A DNA stretch of 64,000 nucleotides from the NCBI RefSeq assembly GCF_035084215.1, contig NC_090355.1, positions 27,528,001-27,592,000 of the forward strand, given 5' to 3'. Position numbers and translations under genes: made by a program. Positions 1-12,454 of the stretch are shown piece by piece (the stretch's first letter is position 1; each line of letters starts with the position of its first letter). The stretch is from Heptranchias perlo. Lineage: Eukaryota. A model generated the notes under the pieces. The model saw nothing but the letters and a program-made list of their open reading frames with translations, was not told the DNA's origin and did not search any database.

Positions 1-180
1 CAACATAGTCTCCAGTTTGAGCAAAAATCATCTTGACTATTATACATGCACCTTTCATCAGCTGGTAACAGACCCATAATACAGTTAACTGGTGGGATTG
101 ACAGCTCACGATAATACCACCTTTTCGGTCAAAGGAAGAAATAATTCCGCAGGGAACAGCAGGCCGCTACATTAAAAGCA

Positions 181-296
181 TGATGTGGAGATGCCGGTGA
201 TGGACTGGGGTGGCCAAATGTAAGGAGTCGCACAACACCAGGTTATAGTCCAACAGCTGTTGGACTATAACCTGGTGTTGTGCAACTCCTTACATT
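181..296. mobile_element. Short palindromic Penelope-like non-autonomous element
   Basis: 80-nt near-perfect palindrome 217-296 (one mismatch, centre CAGCTG) preceded by TGTGGAGATGCCGGTGATGGACTGGGGT. Flanked by the 13-nt direct repeat TACATTAAAAGCA (168-180, 291-303). Same family as 11889-12029 and 13072-13275. Confidence 0.75.
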
Positions 297-334
297 AAAA
301 GCAATAAAACATCCAAGTTTATTTTTGTTGTGCA

Positions 335-459
335 AGGGTATTAAGGGTTATGGAACCAAGACAGGTAGATGGAATTAAAATACAGATCAGCCATGACCTA
401 ACTGAATGGCGGAACAGGCTCAAGGCGCTGAATGGCCTACTCCTGTTCCTATGTTCCTA
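335..459 (+). mobile_element. CR1-type LINE 3' end fragment
   Basis: GAATGGCGGAACAGGCTCAAGGCGCTGAATGGCCTACTCCTGTTCCTATGTTCCTA, a typical CR1 3' UTR hairpin with short terminal repeats. Confidence 0.65.
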
Positions 460-551
460 AGTTAAAATAACCAAACCAGCACTGAGATTTTGTAGATACT
501 ACAGTTTCATATACACACATGCAGACAGTGAAGTACTAATTCAAATCCTTA

Positions 552-767
<216 letters not shown>

Positions 768-1785
768 TTACATTCATTAATTTCTGCATTTATATTGCAG
801 CACTTTTAATATAAATAAAATAGCTGCCTCCAGTGGCACTGAGACCCAGTTCCCACCCCCCCGAATGTAAATGAGGCAAATTCAAAGCACCAGCAATGCT
901 CACACATGACGGAACTGTCAGGTAATTTTAGGATGTAAAATACTAATGGAAGCTCAATGTTAAGTAAAATGACACAACACATCATTCACATCAGGCAGAC
1001 TGAAGGCTCAGCTACAACTGGAATCCACAGCTTATGGGGGCATAAATCATTTACCTTCTTCCTTACTTTTAACCGCCACCTGACAAAATACTCACCAGGC
1101 CTTCCTTGAGGGCGATGCTGAAACTGCTTTTAACCAGTTCTGAGGTAGTGCTGAAGTGCAATGGGCCCCGATGCCAATTTATGTTTTGCTTCCTTCCTTC
1201 CAAAGAAGGGACTGGCCTAGTCTTGCTGCTTCCCCTCTGATTTCCCTCCATCCACAGTGCAGGCAATCACAGGAGTCAGCCCATTTCCTGCTATAGAATG
1301 GAGCATCAGATTACAGCTCCAGCACCCTGCCCAAGTGCAAATATTCTGAAGTAATTCATTTTAGACAGGGCCACTGATTTACAATGACTGATTAAAGTCA
1401 AATCTATTTCTCCTGCAAAAGAATCCAAAATTTTTAAACCAGTGTTTTGGAGATCACATTCTGTAATTCCTTTTGCTTGTCTGTGAAAACCAAAAACCAG
1501 TGCCCCTGACTACAGACCAAATAATATAAAGAGTAACAGAGGCCTGGTGGTGAATTCAATGCAGTAATTTAATCTCATGGTTCTGCTGATGTTCACAAGT
1601 ATTTCTGACATCTTCAGAGGCACTCAACTGCATTACTTGTAATCTGTTCCTATCCACCAATATTCTATATTTACAGTTTGCATCAGTAACTCTGACCAGC
1701 ATGCTACAATATATTGATACTATATAATACAAAACACTGCAGTCAACTTTCATTACCAGCCCAGTCTAATAAAAATGATATCTAC

Positions 1786-1902
1786 CTTTCTTAACTGGAA
1801 CAGGGATGAATTCATCAGCCGGATAATCACGTTCCTTTCCGATAAATTTGGTCAGCGGATACTCTCCTTTTGGGGTGCGTAACATCCTTCGTGTAATACC
1901 AG
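1786..1902 (-). CDS. PHYHD1: PHYHD1 coding exon (GITRRMLRTPKGEYPLTKFIGKERDYPADEFIPVPVKK)
   Basis: Manual translation, cag/gtagat boundaries, 117 nt, phase 1-1. Resembles the vertebrate PHYHD1 GVSRRMVR...PVQR segment. Confidence 0.92.
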
Positions 1903-2327
1903 CTGTCAGACAGAAAAAAGGTTACTTAACAAAGCACTGTATAATGGGCATGAACAGACTTTGAAAATCTAAGACAATGAACAGACTTTATACAATGTCT
2001 TAGATTTTCAATCAGTAATTACACACGTTTTTGTATCATATTTTGAGAATTTTCCAATTTTTTCTCTACTTCCTTTATGCTGTCCTGTGCCACGCAGTTT
2101 CCTCAGCTGAGGAAGCAAGCAGGCAGCCTACTCCCAGGCCTCTGTCAGTGCCACTGGCTAGAAGAACCATAGAATGGCTCGTGGTGACTATCTTTCAAAA
2201 TCTTGCCACTCTGCCCATAGAATCACCTCCATCCAGCACTTCGCCACAGCAGCACGGCTGAGATTGGAAACTTCATAACTAATAGACAATGTCAAGGTCT
2301 AATGGTTTCAATAAGACAGCTCCCTTA

Positions 2328-2588
<261 letters not shown>

Positions 2589-3030
2589 TCATCAATTCAA
2601 GGCCATGTTTCCCGTGTTTAAACCTTCTCTATTAAAACCTATACAAACACACACTATCACTTCCTCACTGAGTGGTGGCAAAACCATCACACTACGCCAA
2701 CACCACTCTGAATCTCCCCTTCCACTGTTTAAAAAAAAAGTCAGAGGGATAAAAGTAACAGAGCTAGTAATGAGATTATTAGTAAACAGAGATTAATTAT
2801 TAAAAAGAAATTAGTCCCAGTTCTTGTGGTGCATTTGGGCCTCGGGCAAAATGCAGTTAATTGAGTTCTCAGAAATGAGGCTGGTTAAGAAGATCCCAAG
2901 ATAAGGTTTTGTTAATCAGTTGCCAAAAATGTGTTTCCCCTTTATCATCATCCAGTTTCATTTACAGAGCAAACAGAAGGCCATTCAAGTGACAGGTCTG
3001 TTGTGTAGAAGGAGGGAAGTTTGGTCATAC

Positions 3031-3052
3031 CTTCACCACCAATCCTTGGTTG
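3031..3052 (-). CDS. PHYHD1: PHYHD1 22-nt coding exon (QPRIGGE)
   Basis: ttcag/gtatga boundaries. Bridges MYIFK to VNPHQD in frame. Confidence 0.9.
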
Positions 3053-3271
3053 CTGAAGAAAAAACACAGTAACATGTTGTTAGCACTTTGTACAACCCTA
3101 CACTGCAGCAAATTACTCAATAAAATAACACCACCCTCAAAGTATCCTTCGACAGATTATTCAGGGCAATTAGTACACGGTAGTTAACATGGGATTGAAC
3201 TGATGAAATTCAATCATGTGCCTTATGATTCTCAACATTTCTATGACAGGTACATGGTCATAAAATTCAAC

Positions 3272-3897
3272 GGCCCGGAATTTGCTCATAAAATAACGGT
3301 GAGGCCAACAGCTCGCCGGCTGAGTCACCATTGGAATGAATGGACCAGCGTAAAGTTGCTGGTAACAAACTAATCAACACAGAAAAAGATACACATAGTT
3401 TTTGTTAGGTCTAAGCTAACTTTTAACAGAGTGGTAAGTCTTAATGACTGTCAAACAACCTCAATGGCACTGAAAATTAACTTTTAAAAATGTGGAGTCT
3501 CATTTTTTCTGATTTTAATTGTTGGATTTTTTTTAAAAATTATATTTTGTTTACTTTTTCTTTGTTTCTTTTATCTCTGTCTTATAATTAAATATTTCTT
3601 ACCCTCTATTTCGCTTTCTCTAACTGATTTTACATTGAATTTACTGTTCTAGTTTGCACTTCCTGGTTCTGACTCAGCGTGGTTTGCCTAGTATGCTTCA
3701 ATCTGATTGATTAAGGGGACACACAGTTCCTTGCCCCGCTCACACAGCTCACAAAAGCCCGGGAGAGGACGCTGCACTTTTTTCAGCTCCCCATTGCAGC
3801 AGGTTGGTGCCCAGAAGCCCGTGCATAGTTTGTGGGTAAGTTTAAATCTAATAGCGGCGGGCACCATTTGTTTGCCGCTCAGTGCAAATTCCGGGCC
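3272..3897. mobile_element. MITE / non-autonomous DNA transposon with 14-bp terminal inverted repeats (possibly PIF/Harbinger-type)
   Basis: GGCCCGGAATTTGC at 3272-3285 and its exact reverse complement at 3884-3897, with an AT-rich non-coding interior. Confidence 0.7.
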
Positions 3898-4489
3898 ATT
3901 ATATCATCAAATGGGCTGGTGTCTTCATTAGTGTACCCCATGTTTGACCAGAAGACGAAGCCAGCATGTCTAAGATTGTTACAAAATTATTGGTTGAATC
4001 AGCATTAAATGTTGGAAGGGGTTAGCTAGAAATGTTTAGACTCCAAAACATTTATTGCTCCGCACCCGAGCTGCTACTGCTAAATTAAGAGACTAACTGA
4101 CATCAACAAAACATTAAAGAGGCAATTTATTCAAAAGCAATTGCCCTATAACCCATAAACCATTTGGCTTCTCCTATCTCATCCACCCAGAACAAACCTA
4201 TAGTTCCCCCCAACATAGCAGCAACTATTTCTTAAATGATTCCATGTTTTTGCCTCTACTATCCTACTAGGAAGTCCATTTCACCAGTCGAGCACGCTGT
4301 GTGAAGAGCTTCCTGCAGGAGATACGTAAATACTTATTATTGTCTCAGGCACCATCTTTTAAGCTTCAGAAGTGAGTGTAGATATTTTACATAAAACTCC
4401 CTGTCATGTAACATCATGACATTCCAGTCCAATCACTTCATGAATGAGGAGTGGGACTCGCAGTCCCACCATTCCCATTCATAATGTCA

Positions 4490-4915
4490 TATCTAGGAAG
4501 AATTATTTTTCTCTACCAATTTTATACCCACCTCTCCTGAAACTGTTGAATTCCTGCTAAGGAATGGTTCAACCAGCATTGGGTGCCGTCCAGTAACTGA
4601 CCCAAGTGGCCATTCTTCACATATGAGTCATGAAAGTGAGTGCCGGCAGGGTATTTGACTGTGGGGGGCATCACAGCTGAGCCTGACCCTGTCCTCATCT
4701 GATGTCTATAGGCACACTACCAACTGCGGTCAAGTGTATAGCTATCAGAAGTAGGAATTAAAGCTGATTTTCTTCTCCATAACCCAGGAAAACTGATGCC
4801 AATTGTAGTGACCCCATTATCACTCTGGTTGAGATTAACAAACTCAGGGGTAGAAATTAGTCCTTCCTGGTTTGTTTGACTCAGCTACTCACTATATAAG
4901 CTTGCTGAACCATTG
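4490..4915 (-). mobile_element. Old SINE family copy (recurrent in this window)
   Basis: Shares GGCCATTCTTCA...TGAG and GAGAT..CTAACTCAG blocks with the copies near 8555-8960, 32500-32890 and 39380-39690. Confidence 0.5.
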
Positions 4916-5231
4916 GGGGAGCCATCAAGGGACATTCTATGCAAAAGGTCTACTCCCAGGCTGCCTCTAACGCACAGCTCCAACCCATAAAACACCGGCA
5001 AAACAGAACAGACATCACCCTTTTACTACATTTAAGGAAGGCAAGATAATATTGCATACCTTTTACTTTAAAAACCGCACTGAAAATAAAATTAAACATA
5101 GTACAATGGAAATAATAGACTGAAAGATGCATCGATATCAAAGGTTTTGCTCCAGGATTTGTTTTATCTTTCAGCTTCCAGACATACCAAATCTCTGATT
5201 ATTTCTCGGCTTTCACAATCTCCTCACATAC

Positions 5232-5294
5232 CTTGAAGATGTACATGCTCTGCACAATGACAGGTTCCTGTAGATCCAACTTCCGGGCCACTTC
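5232..5294 (-). CDS. PHYHD1: PHYHD1 coding exon (EVARKLDLQEPVIVQSMYIFK)
   Basis: 63 nt, cag/gtatgt boundaries, QSMYIFK motif. Confidence 0.95.
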
Positions 5295-5599
5295 CTGTCA
5301 CACACAGATATAAACTTATTTCACAATTGAAATATATTTTCTCCCCTTTGGGTCTCCCATATCTGTATCATTCCCTGAGCAAAGAGAGCAGCCAAGCAAC
5401 CTGCTCTCAAACCTCTGCTTAAGCTGCTCTCAAGTAGCTCACAAGAGGTGAGAGCAACAGGGATTCTTTCTGTTAGTTTTCCCTTCTCTCTTCTGGAGGA
5501 GCACATGGATTTAAATCAACACAACCAAGGCACAAGGAAGACATTCAAACCATGAGACTGATCACCAGCATCAGAGAAAAATCTTAGTCATTTTAGTTC

Positions 5600-5900
5600 T
5601 TAAAAGGAGGTAACTTAGAGGGTACCTTGCACAGCCATACACAATAGTAACAGATATAGAAAAGATAAATCTGGAAAATTAAGTTAAACTGACAACAGGA
5701 CAAGGGGCACAGGTTCAAACTGGCAAGGCCAGGAAGTTACTCACACAAAGAATGATCGACCCATGGAATGAAGTACAGGTGGGTAGTGGAGGAAAAAAAC
5801 ATGGAAACATTTACGTGTTGGAGGGTCTGATGGGGGTCACTATAAGTACTTTTTAAAATGGATCACCTAGGATGGACTAAATGACCACCTCATCCATATC
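5600..5900 (+). mobile_element. Degraded CR1 LINE 3' fragment
   Basis: Remnants AGGAGGTAACTTAGAGGG...GGACAAGGGGCACAG correspond to the RRRLRGD and TRGH region of CR1 ORF2. Confidence 0.5.
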
Positions 5901-6053
5901 TATTTTGTGGATGCCTGTTCTGATGGCACAGCTTAAATCAAGGATGCATCGCGTAGATAACCACAAGCCCAAACTTGGGTCCTAATGCTAATTGCACTCC
6001 CTACAGAAACAGCATTAAAAGATGCAGAAAATTTATCAGTATATCAAAGACAT

Positions 6054-6798
6054 GCACAATCAGAGGGTCAGGGCTGAGTGTCAATGCTGTAATTACAGTC
6101 AGAGGACCAGGGCTGAGTCTCAGTGCTGTAAATACAGTCAGAGGACCAGGGCCGAGTCTCAGTGCTGTATTTACAGTCAGAGGACCAGGGCTGAATGTCA
6201 GTGCTGTATTTACAGTCAGAGGACCAGGGCTGAATGTCAGTGCTGTAATTACAGTCAGAGGACCAGGGCTGAGTCTCAGAGCTGTAAATACAGTCAGAGG
6301 ATCAGAGCTGAGTCTCAGAGCTGTAAATACAGTCAGAGGACCAGGGCCGAGTGTCAGTGCTGTAATTACAGTCAGAGGACCAGGGCCGAATGTCAGTGCT
6401 GTATTTACAGTCAGAGGACCAGGGCTGAATGTCAGTGCTGTAATTACAGTCAGAGGATCAGAGCTGAGTCTCAGTGCTGTAAATACAGTCAGAGGATCAG
6501 AGCTGAGTCTCAGTGCTGTAAATACAGTCAGAGGATCAGAGCTGAGTCTCAGTGCTGTAAATACAGTCAGAGGACCAGGGCTGAGTCTCAGTGCTGTAAA
6601 TACAGTCAGAGGACCAGGGCTGAGTCTCAGTGCTGTAAATACAGTCAGAGGATCAGAGCTGAGTCTCAGTGCTGTAAATACAGTCAGAGGACCAGGGCTG
6701 AGTCTCAGTGCTGTAAATACAGTCAGAGGACCAGGGCTGAGTCTCAGTGCTGTAAATACAGTCAGAGGACCAGGGCTAAGGGCCAGTGCTGCAATTAC
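6054..6798. repeat. 39-bp minisatellite, about 19 copies, in a PHYHD1 intron
   Basis: Unit TACAGTCAGAGGACCAGGGCTGAGTCTCAGTGCTGTAAA repeated head to tail with a few recurrent variants. Explains the three overlapping repetitive ORFs. Confidence 0.95.
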
Positions 6799-7599
6799 AA
6801 CAACTACCACAGATGAGTAGTTTCAGCAAGGGACTTTAATGCAGTTTGAGTGTGAAAAATGGATTTCCGACAGTGTAGTTACAGCATAGATCTGGCTCTT
6901 GCCAATTGGCAATAGAAGGCTGTTGGTGCCAGATTCAGAAAAATCCGCCGTCTATTTAGTTCAGAATCTGCCTGGAAGGGGCTGCTTTTCTTTTAAATTA
7001 TTGAGAAACCTAGTGAAGGGCCTGGGCCAATAAGGTTTTACACACACGGAAAAAAGAAACAAGCCACCAACACGTTTATGAGGTGATTCCTTTTGGGTGT
7101 TTTTTTTCCACACATTTCCTGACTCCTTGCAGTTCAACAGGTGCCCATCACCTTCTGGCATCACCAGCCGAGCCTCCATGCTGACTTCCACCTGCAGTCA
7201 CTGGACACCAGTCGCTTTTGTCCTTCCTGGAAACTGCTTGTATGTGGACATTGTGTGAGGACAGGATTAGGTTTGGTTGTGTTACAATCCATACACCCCT
7301 CCCACCCCACAGCCCCCCTTCTAACGCCACTATGTAAACTGATATTGCTTGGATGAGGTACTTGAAAGAAAACTGTTGGTGGGGGAAGAAAAAGTGTTGT
7401 TAAAACTGGATTTAACAAAATTTTTTTTTTATTTCTGTTTAGTGCTCAGCCAATATAAAATGGCAGAAACCATTTCAGTCTGATGTAGTGTGAGAACCTT
7501 TATCAGGCATCACTGCTACACCCGCTGGAATAAGTTCCTGTATTCCAGTAGTTGCAGCGACACTCAGTTACATTGATAGTAAACTTAAGAAAGACCCAC

Positions 7600-7655
7600 C
7601 TGCACTTTGGGTGAACACGTGAGATTTTTGAATATAGGCTCCAAGGCATGAAGAG
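7600..7655 (-). CDS. PHYHD1: PHYHD1 coding exon (ALHALEPIFKNLTCSPKVQ)
   Basis: 56 nt, cag/gtgggt boundaries, phase 1-0. Confidence 0.93.
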
Positions 7656-8429
7656 CTGTGGAGAAGAAAGAGTCACGTTAAAAAGTGAGTGTCTGTGTGA
7701 GAGAGATATCCTGTTTGAAGTGAGACATTAGAATGAGCGCCTAGTGGGACTCACTTGGAGCGCAGTCTGAGCCTCATTGCCCCATCAATCATATTTTTTA
7801 ACATTACAGCACAGAGTCTCAGCTGCCATAAGGTCCTACATGATGCTTAATTTTTTTTGATCTTCCTATAAAGCAGAGAGACTTACCAGAATGATAAAAG
7901 GTATGGGAGTGTGTATATCGGGGGGGGGGGGGGGGGGGGGGGGGGGAGGGGGAATTTAAACTATCTGATATTTCTAACTGGCCTCTAAGACATATGTTGA
8001 AAATAAAGAACTCAAATTTATACCACAAAAAGACTCTATTGCTCTGTGTTGGGTTATTTGATCTCAGTTTGATGTCAGGGGGGATATTTCAATTAGTCTC
8101 AGTTCTCCTGGGTTAAAGAGTGGAAAAACACCCTAGCATTCCCTCCCCGATCACTTAAAGATGAACAGAAAGCCCAGCAAATTGGAAAAAAACCAGCCTG
8201 ATGTGAGCAGACAGGAAGGCTTTGCAATCCATTGAATGGTCCCATCTCCTTTATGAGCATTTTGTTGATATTTGGAATCTAATAATCTCACTAAAGTTTT
8301 CAGTGAATGTCGCTGGTTCCCTCGGTAGCACGTTTCCAGCATGTGCTTGCGTTGCTTCGCTCACAATAAAATAATGCGCTTTTTTTGAGTCATTCTATAC
8401 ATTTCCAAGTAGTGTAAAACAGACCTTAC

Positions 8430-8477
8430 CGTGTCCAATTTTATTTAAGGATTCCTGCTTTGGTACAAGGAAGTCAC
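8430..8477 (-). CDS. PHYHD1: PHYHD1 coding exon (GDFLVPKQESLNKIGH)
   Basis: 48 nt, cag/gtaagg boundaries, NKIGH motif. Confidence 0.94.
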
Positions 8478-8554
8478 CTGAAGAGTAAAATGAGAATGAG
8501 CAGTGTCCTGATCTGCACTGGCTGAGTAAGACATCTTTCTAATTCATCTAAGGC

Positions 8555-8960
8555 TTTTAGACTTCCCAGTTGCTCAGTTGGTAAAGATGATTCCCAGTGA
8601 GTAGCTAGGCCACACAGAAGGTCCCAGGTTTGATCCTTACCTATGCTGTTGCCTGGGCAGTAGTAAGGGCTCCACAAATGGCCTTCATGCCCCTTGGTTA
8701 GGGAGAGAGGAAAAAAAAAAATCAGCAAAGTCCCCACTCATGATCACTTTCCAGTGACTCCTGTTGGGCAGTGAATGTACATGGACATTAAGTGAAAAGA
8801 TGATTGAGATCCACTGTAATCCCTTGTCCATGCTGACATTCACTGTCAAAGCTCACCCATGAAGAATAACCATGTGAGCAAGGTACTGGAGGACAGCCAG
8901 TGCCCATGGAACAATACCCCAACAGTAGTCAGTGATTTCAGAAGAGGAAAGGAAAAGATT
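8555..8960 (+). mobile_element. Old tRNA-headed SINE copy
   Basis: A-box-like GCTCAGTTGG and B-box-like GGTTTGATCC, followed by a body shared with other copies in the window. Confidence 0.5.
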
Positions 8961-9309
8961 TACAGGGAAATAAAGAACAGGTGCTTGTTCTGGCATGTTG
9001 GAGGTCCAATGCACTGCACAACAGAGTAAACTGACATGAGTTAGCAGCTATGATCCCTTACTTGCTGGGGTCCTGATCTTGGTAACTTCCTGAGATACCA
9101 TGACTAAGTGGAGACCATGGGAAGAGAGAGCGAAAGAGCCACCACTCACACTGCCCTCTGTCACCTTCAAGCTAATGGTTATAGGATGGCATGGTGGGGC
9201 AAGGAGGAAGTCAACCAACTCCTCACCTGCAAAGACTTAAAAATGGGGAGAAAATACCTCTTAAAAAAGAGGCAGTTTCACCATGAAATAATCACACGTA
9301 GTATATAAG

Positions 9310-9906
<597 letters not shown>

Positions 9907-10006
9907 CTAAAAAAAGGAGTTGTAACAATTAACAGCAAGTGCTCTACAAAACAGAACTTGTTATGAAGCAGAGATCTATTATCCAACCTGCAACACACTC
10001 ACTCAC

Positions 10007-10012
10007 CTGCAT
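10007..10012 (-). CDS. PHYHD1: Candidate 6-nt in-frame microexon of PHYHD1 (ATGCAG, Met-Gln)
   Basis: Minus strand reads ttctttgtcttaatgcattgctgactggcctcaaaag ATGCAG gtgagtgagt: consensus donor, phase 0-0, 100-nt downstream intron. Confidence 0.5.
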
Positions 10013-10848
10013 CTTTTGAGGCCAGTCAGCAATGCATTAAGACAAAGAAAAAATATATAATTCATTTCAATCTTTATTGGCCATGAAATGTCAGGAGAAT
10101 TGGACTATCACATCACATGTATTAATTTGTGAAAAGTAAATGAAAATAGATAGTAGGAAGAACTTCTTTACTTAAAGACTGAAACATTTGGAATAATCTG
10201 CCAGGGTAGGATTGTTGTGATGAAAACATTTGGGACTTTCAAAGTGCAGCTGGATGTTATAAGGGGAGAGTCAGTGCACTAGAGAGAAGGGCTTCAATTG
10301 TCTGAATGCTATTTTCTCATCCTTCAGTTTTTTATGGTCTTAAAAACAGCAAAACAATTTGGCATTTACTCTTGATTAAGATCATTTTTCTCCAGATCAA
10401 CACTTTTTTGGGTCATTTATTTCTCTTCATTTCCACTCCTGTACCACATACATTCCCTGACAGAAAGAGGTGACGTGGAGTCATGTCCCAGATTCTATCA
10501 ATCTTGCTCTCTTAACTGTAAGGGGGGCAAGCCAGAAGTTATCTCAATTGGGGAGGGCAAAGTTGGCAATACAAGATGTAGGGAAGCCAAAAAAAGAAAG
10601 AAGATAAAACTCCCCCCCAAAAAAGGTACTAAACAACACAAGTACATAAGCAAGAAGCCATTTTCAGCTTTGCCCATAAGTTGGATGGGTCAATCTGAGG
10701 CAAGTTACCATTCCTTTTTTAATTGATAATTTTAACTAATTAAAATAACTCATCTGTAATTATAGCACTGGCATACACACACTGCCACAGTGATCACTGT
10801 CACACATACAGCAATACCCAATTCTCTCACACATACCCAAACACCAAC

Positions 10849-11007
10849 CTGTAATTTATGCTGCTCCTCTTCGTGAGTCGAGAATTCAGTATGAAGGTGT
10901 TGGGGAACGTCCATCTCATCAATAATGTTTGACATCCGTGCTCTCAAGGAGTCACACTCCTCAGCTGTGAAAAAACCTTCAATTGCAACAAAGCCATCTT
11001 TCCTAAA
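10849..11007 (-). CDS. PHYHD1: PHYHD1 coding exon (FRKDGFVAIEGFF...EEEQHKLQ)
   Basis: 159 nt, cag/gttggt boundaries. Matches the FxxDGF..EGF...MDVP.H..TEFST segment of PHYHD1. Confidence 0.95.
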
Positions 11008-11085
11008 CTGGAGATGGGAAGAAAGCATGTTTTAACAGGCAAATTAGATCAGAACTTGCTCATTAACTTATTTACCCAAAGAAAT

Positions 11086-11524
11086 AATTGTCAGTTTGGC
11101 TTAGTAGTAACCCTCTCACCCCGAGTCAGAAGGTCACAGGTTCAAACCTCACTGTAGGACTTCAGTACTTAATCCTGCCTGTAGCTCAGTGCAGTACCGA
11201 GGGAGCACTGCATTATCAGGTGTCATCTTTCAGATGAGACATTAAACTGAGGTCTCATCTGTGTGTTTGGGCAAATTAAAAGATGCTGTGACATTATTCA
11301 AAGAGCAGGGGAGTTCTCCTGGTTTTCCAACTAATATTTATCCCTCAACGAACAGATTATTTGGTAATTATCTCATTTGCTGATTGTGCAACCTTGCAGT
11401 GGCAAAATTGGCTGCTGCATTTCCCTACATAACAGCAGTGACTACATTACAAAAGTAATTAACTGGCTGTGAAGTGCTTTGGGATGTCCTGAAGATGTGA
11501 AAGGCGTTCCATAAGTGCACGTTT
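11086..11524 (+). mobile_element. Near full-length tRNA-headed Deu-domain-type SINE
   Basis: tRNA-like head (TGGCTTAGTAG...GAGTCAGAAGG..GGTTCAAACC), central AAAGAGCAGGGGAGTTCTCC block, L2-like tail GAAGTGCTTTGGGATGTCCTGA...ATAAGTGCA. Confidence 0.7.
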
Positions 11525-11888
11525 TTCCTTTCTTTCTTTAATCTGCCAGAAAGTAGTACAGGCAAAAATAGTGATATTCAAAATGAGGTTGCATATTACT
11601 ATATTAGTTAGGGTGCCAGGGGGAATGCTTACACATTTCAGTGAAGCTGGTGTTAGGGGCACTACAATTAGCTTCAGCACCCCTGGGTTTCAGGGGTGGG
11701 GATCATCCAAGGTTCCTGCTCCAGCTTGTTATACAATATTCCCTGTTGAGATGGCTAATACAGACAGGACTGGCCTCAGCTTTGATGCCCAATGTGTTTG
11801 AATAGCCTGCCAAGACCCACTGGAACGATATCCCAGTGTGTGTTAATGTCTTCAGGAGCAGAGAGGAAAAATAAACTTTAAAAATATA

Positions 11889-12029
11889 GGGAGTTGCACA
11901 ACACCAGGTTATAGTCCAACAGCTTTATTTGAAATCACAAGCTTTCGGAGCTTTGATCCTTCCTCACCTGACTTGTGATTTCAAATAAAACTGTTGGACT
12001 ATAACCTGGTGTTGTAAGATTCCTTACAG
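11889..12029. mobile_element. Palindromic Penelope-like element
   Basis: ACAACACCAGGTTATAGTCCAACAG...TTTGAAATCACAAG arm and its reverse complement around a short spacer. Same family as 181-296. Confidence 0.75.
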
Positions 12030-12427
12030 ATAGGGTTAGATGAAGTAGGGAGGGAGGAGGCGCGTGTGAAGCATAAACGCGGGCACGTTGGGCCAAATGG
12101 CCTGTTTCTGTGCTGTAGTTTCGATGTAACTCCATGTTTGACAAATTACTCTCCCAATCGGTTAGAAGAAACGGACAAGTTTCACCAAAGATATTGCCTC
12201 TACTTCCACCGATTACTGCAGTACAATTGAGGCCTCTATGCGATACAGGCGGGTATAATGTGGATTCCCGCTCCCCTCCCCTCCCCACCCCACCCCACAA
12301 GTTGTGTATCCAATATTTACACATTAGGTGCTAACAATGTAACATTGTAAAGAGATGGTAACAGAATCTTCCGGGAGACGTTCTAAAAGTTGCAGAATCA
12401 ACTCTGTAGTTTGCGAGTGTCACTCAC

Positions 12428-12454
12428 CGCCGTGCCGAGTTCAGCAGCGTCCAT
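12428..12454 (-). CDS. PHYHD1: Candidate PHYHD1 first coding segment (MDAAELGTA)
   Basis: ATG in good context (acgATGG), 9 codons, then gtgagt in phase 0 as the next exon requires. Lies in a CpG-enriched zone. Little peptide similarity to other PHYHD1 N-termini, so tentative. Confidence 0.5.

Noticed and set aside
6054-6798. CRISPR-like regular repeat
   Set aside because: Units are contiguous with no unique spacers, there are no cas genes, and the context is eukaryotic.
5975-6820. Three long overlapping ORFs (281, 269 and 264 aa), one Cys-rich
   Set aside because: All arise from the 39-bp tandem repeat within a PHYHD1 intron, with no splice or domain support.
7920-7952. Long G/C homopolymers (also near 20427, 33317 and 61093) as G-quadruplex elements
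   Set aside because: Simple mononucleotide runs with unreliable length and no supporting context.
11086-11160. tRNA gene
   Set aside because: Only degenerate A/B boxes as a SINE head, with no cloverleaf.
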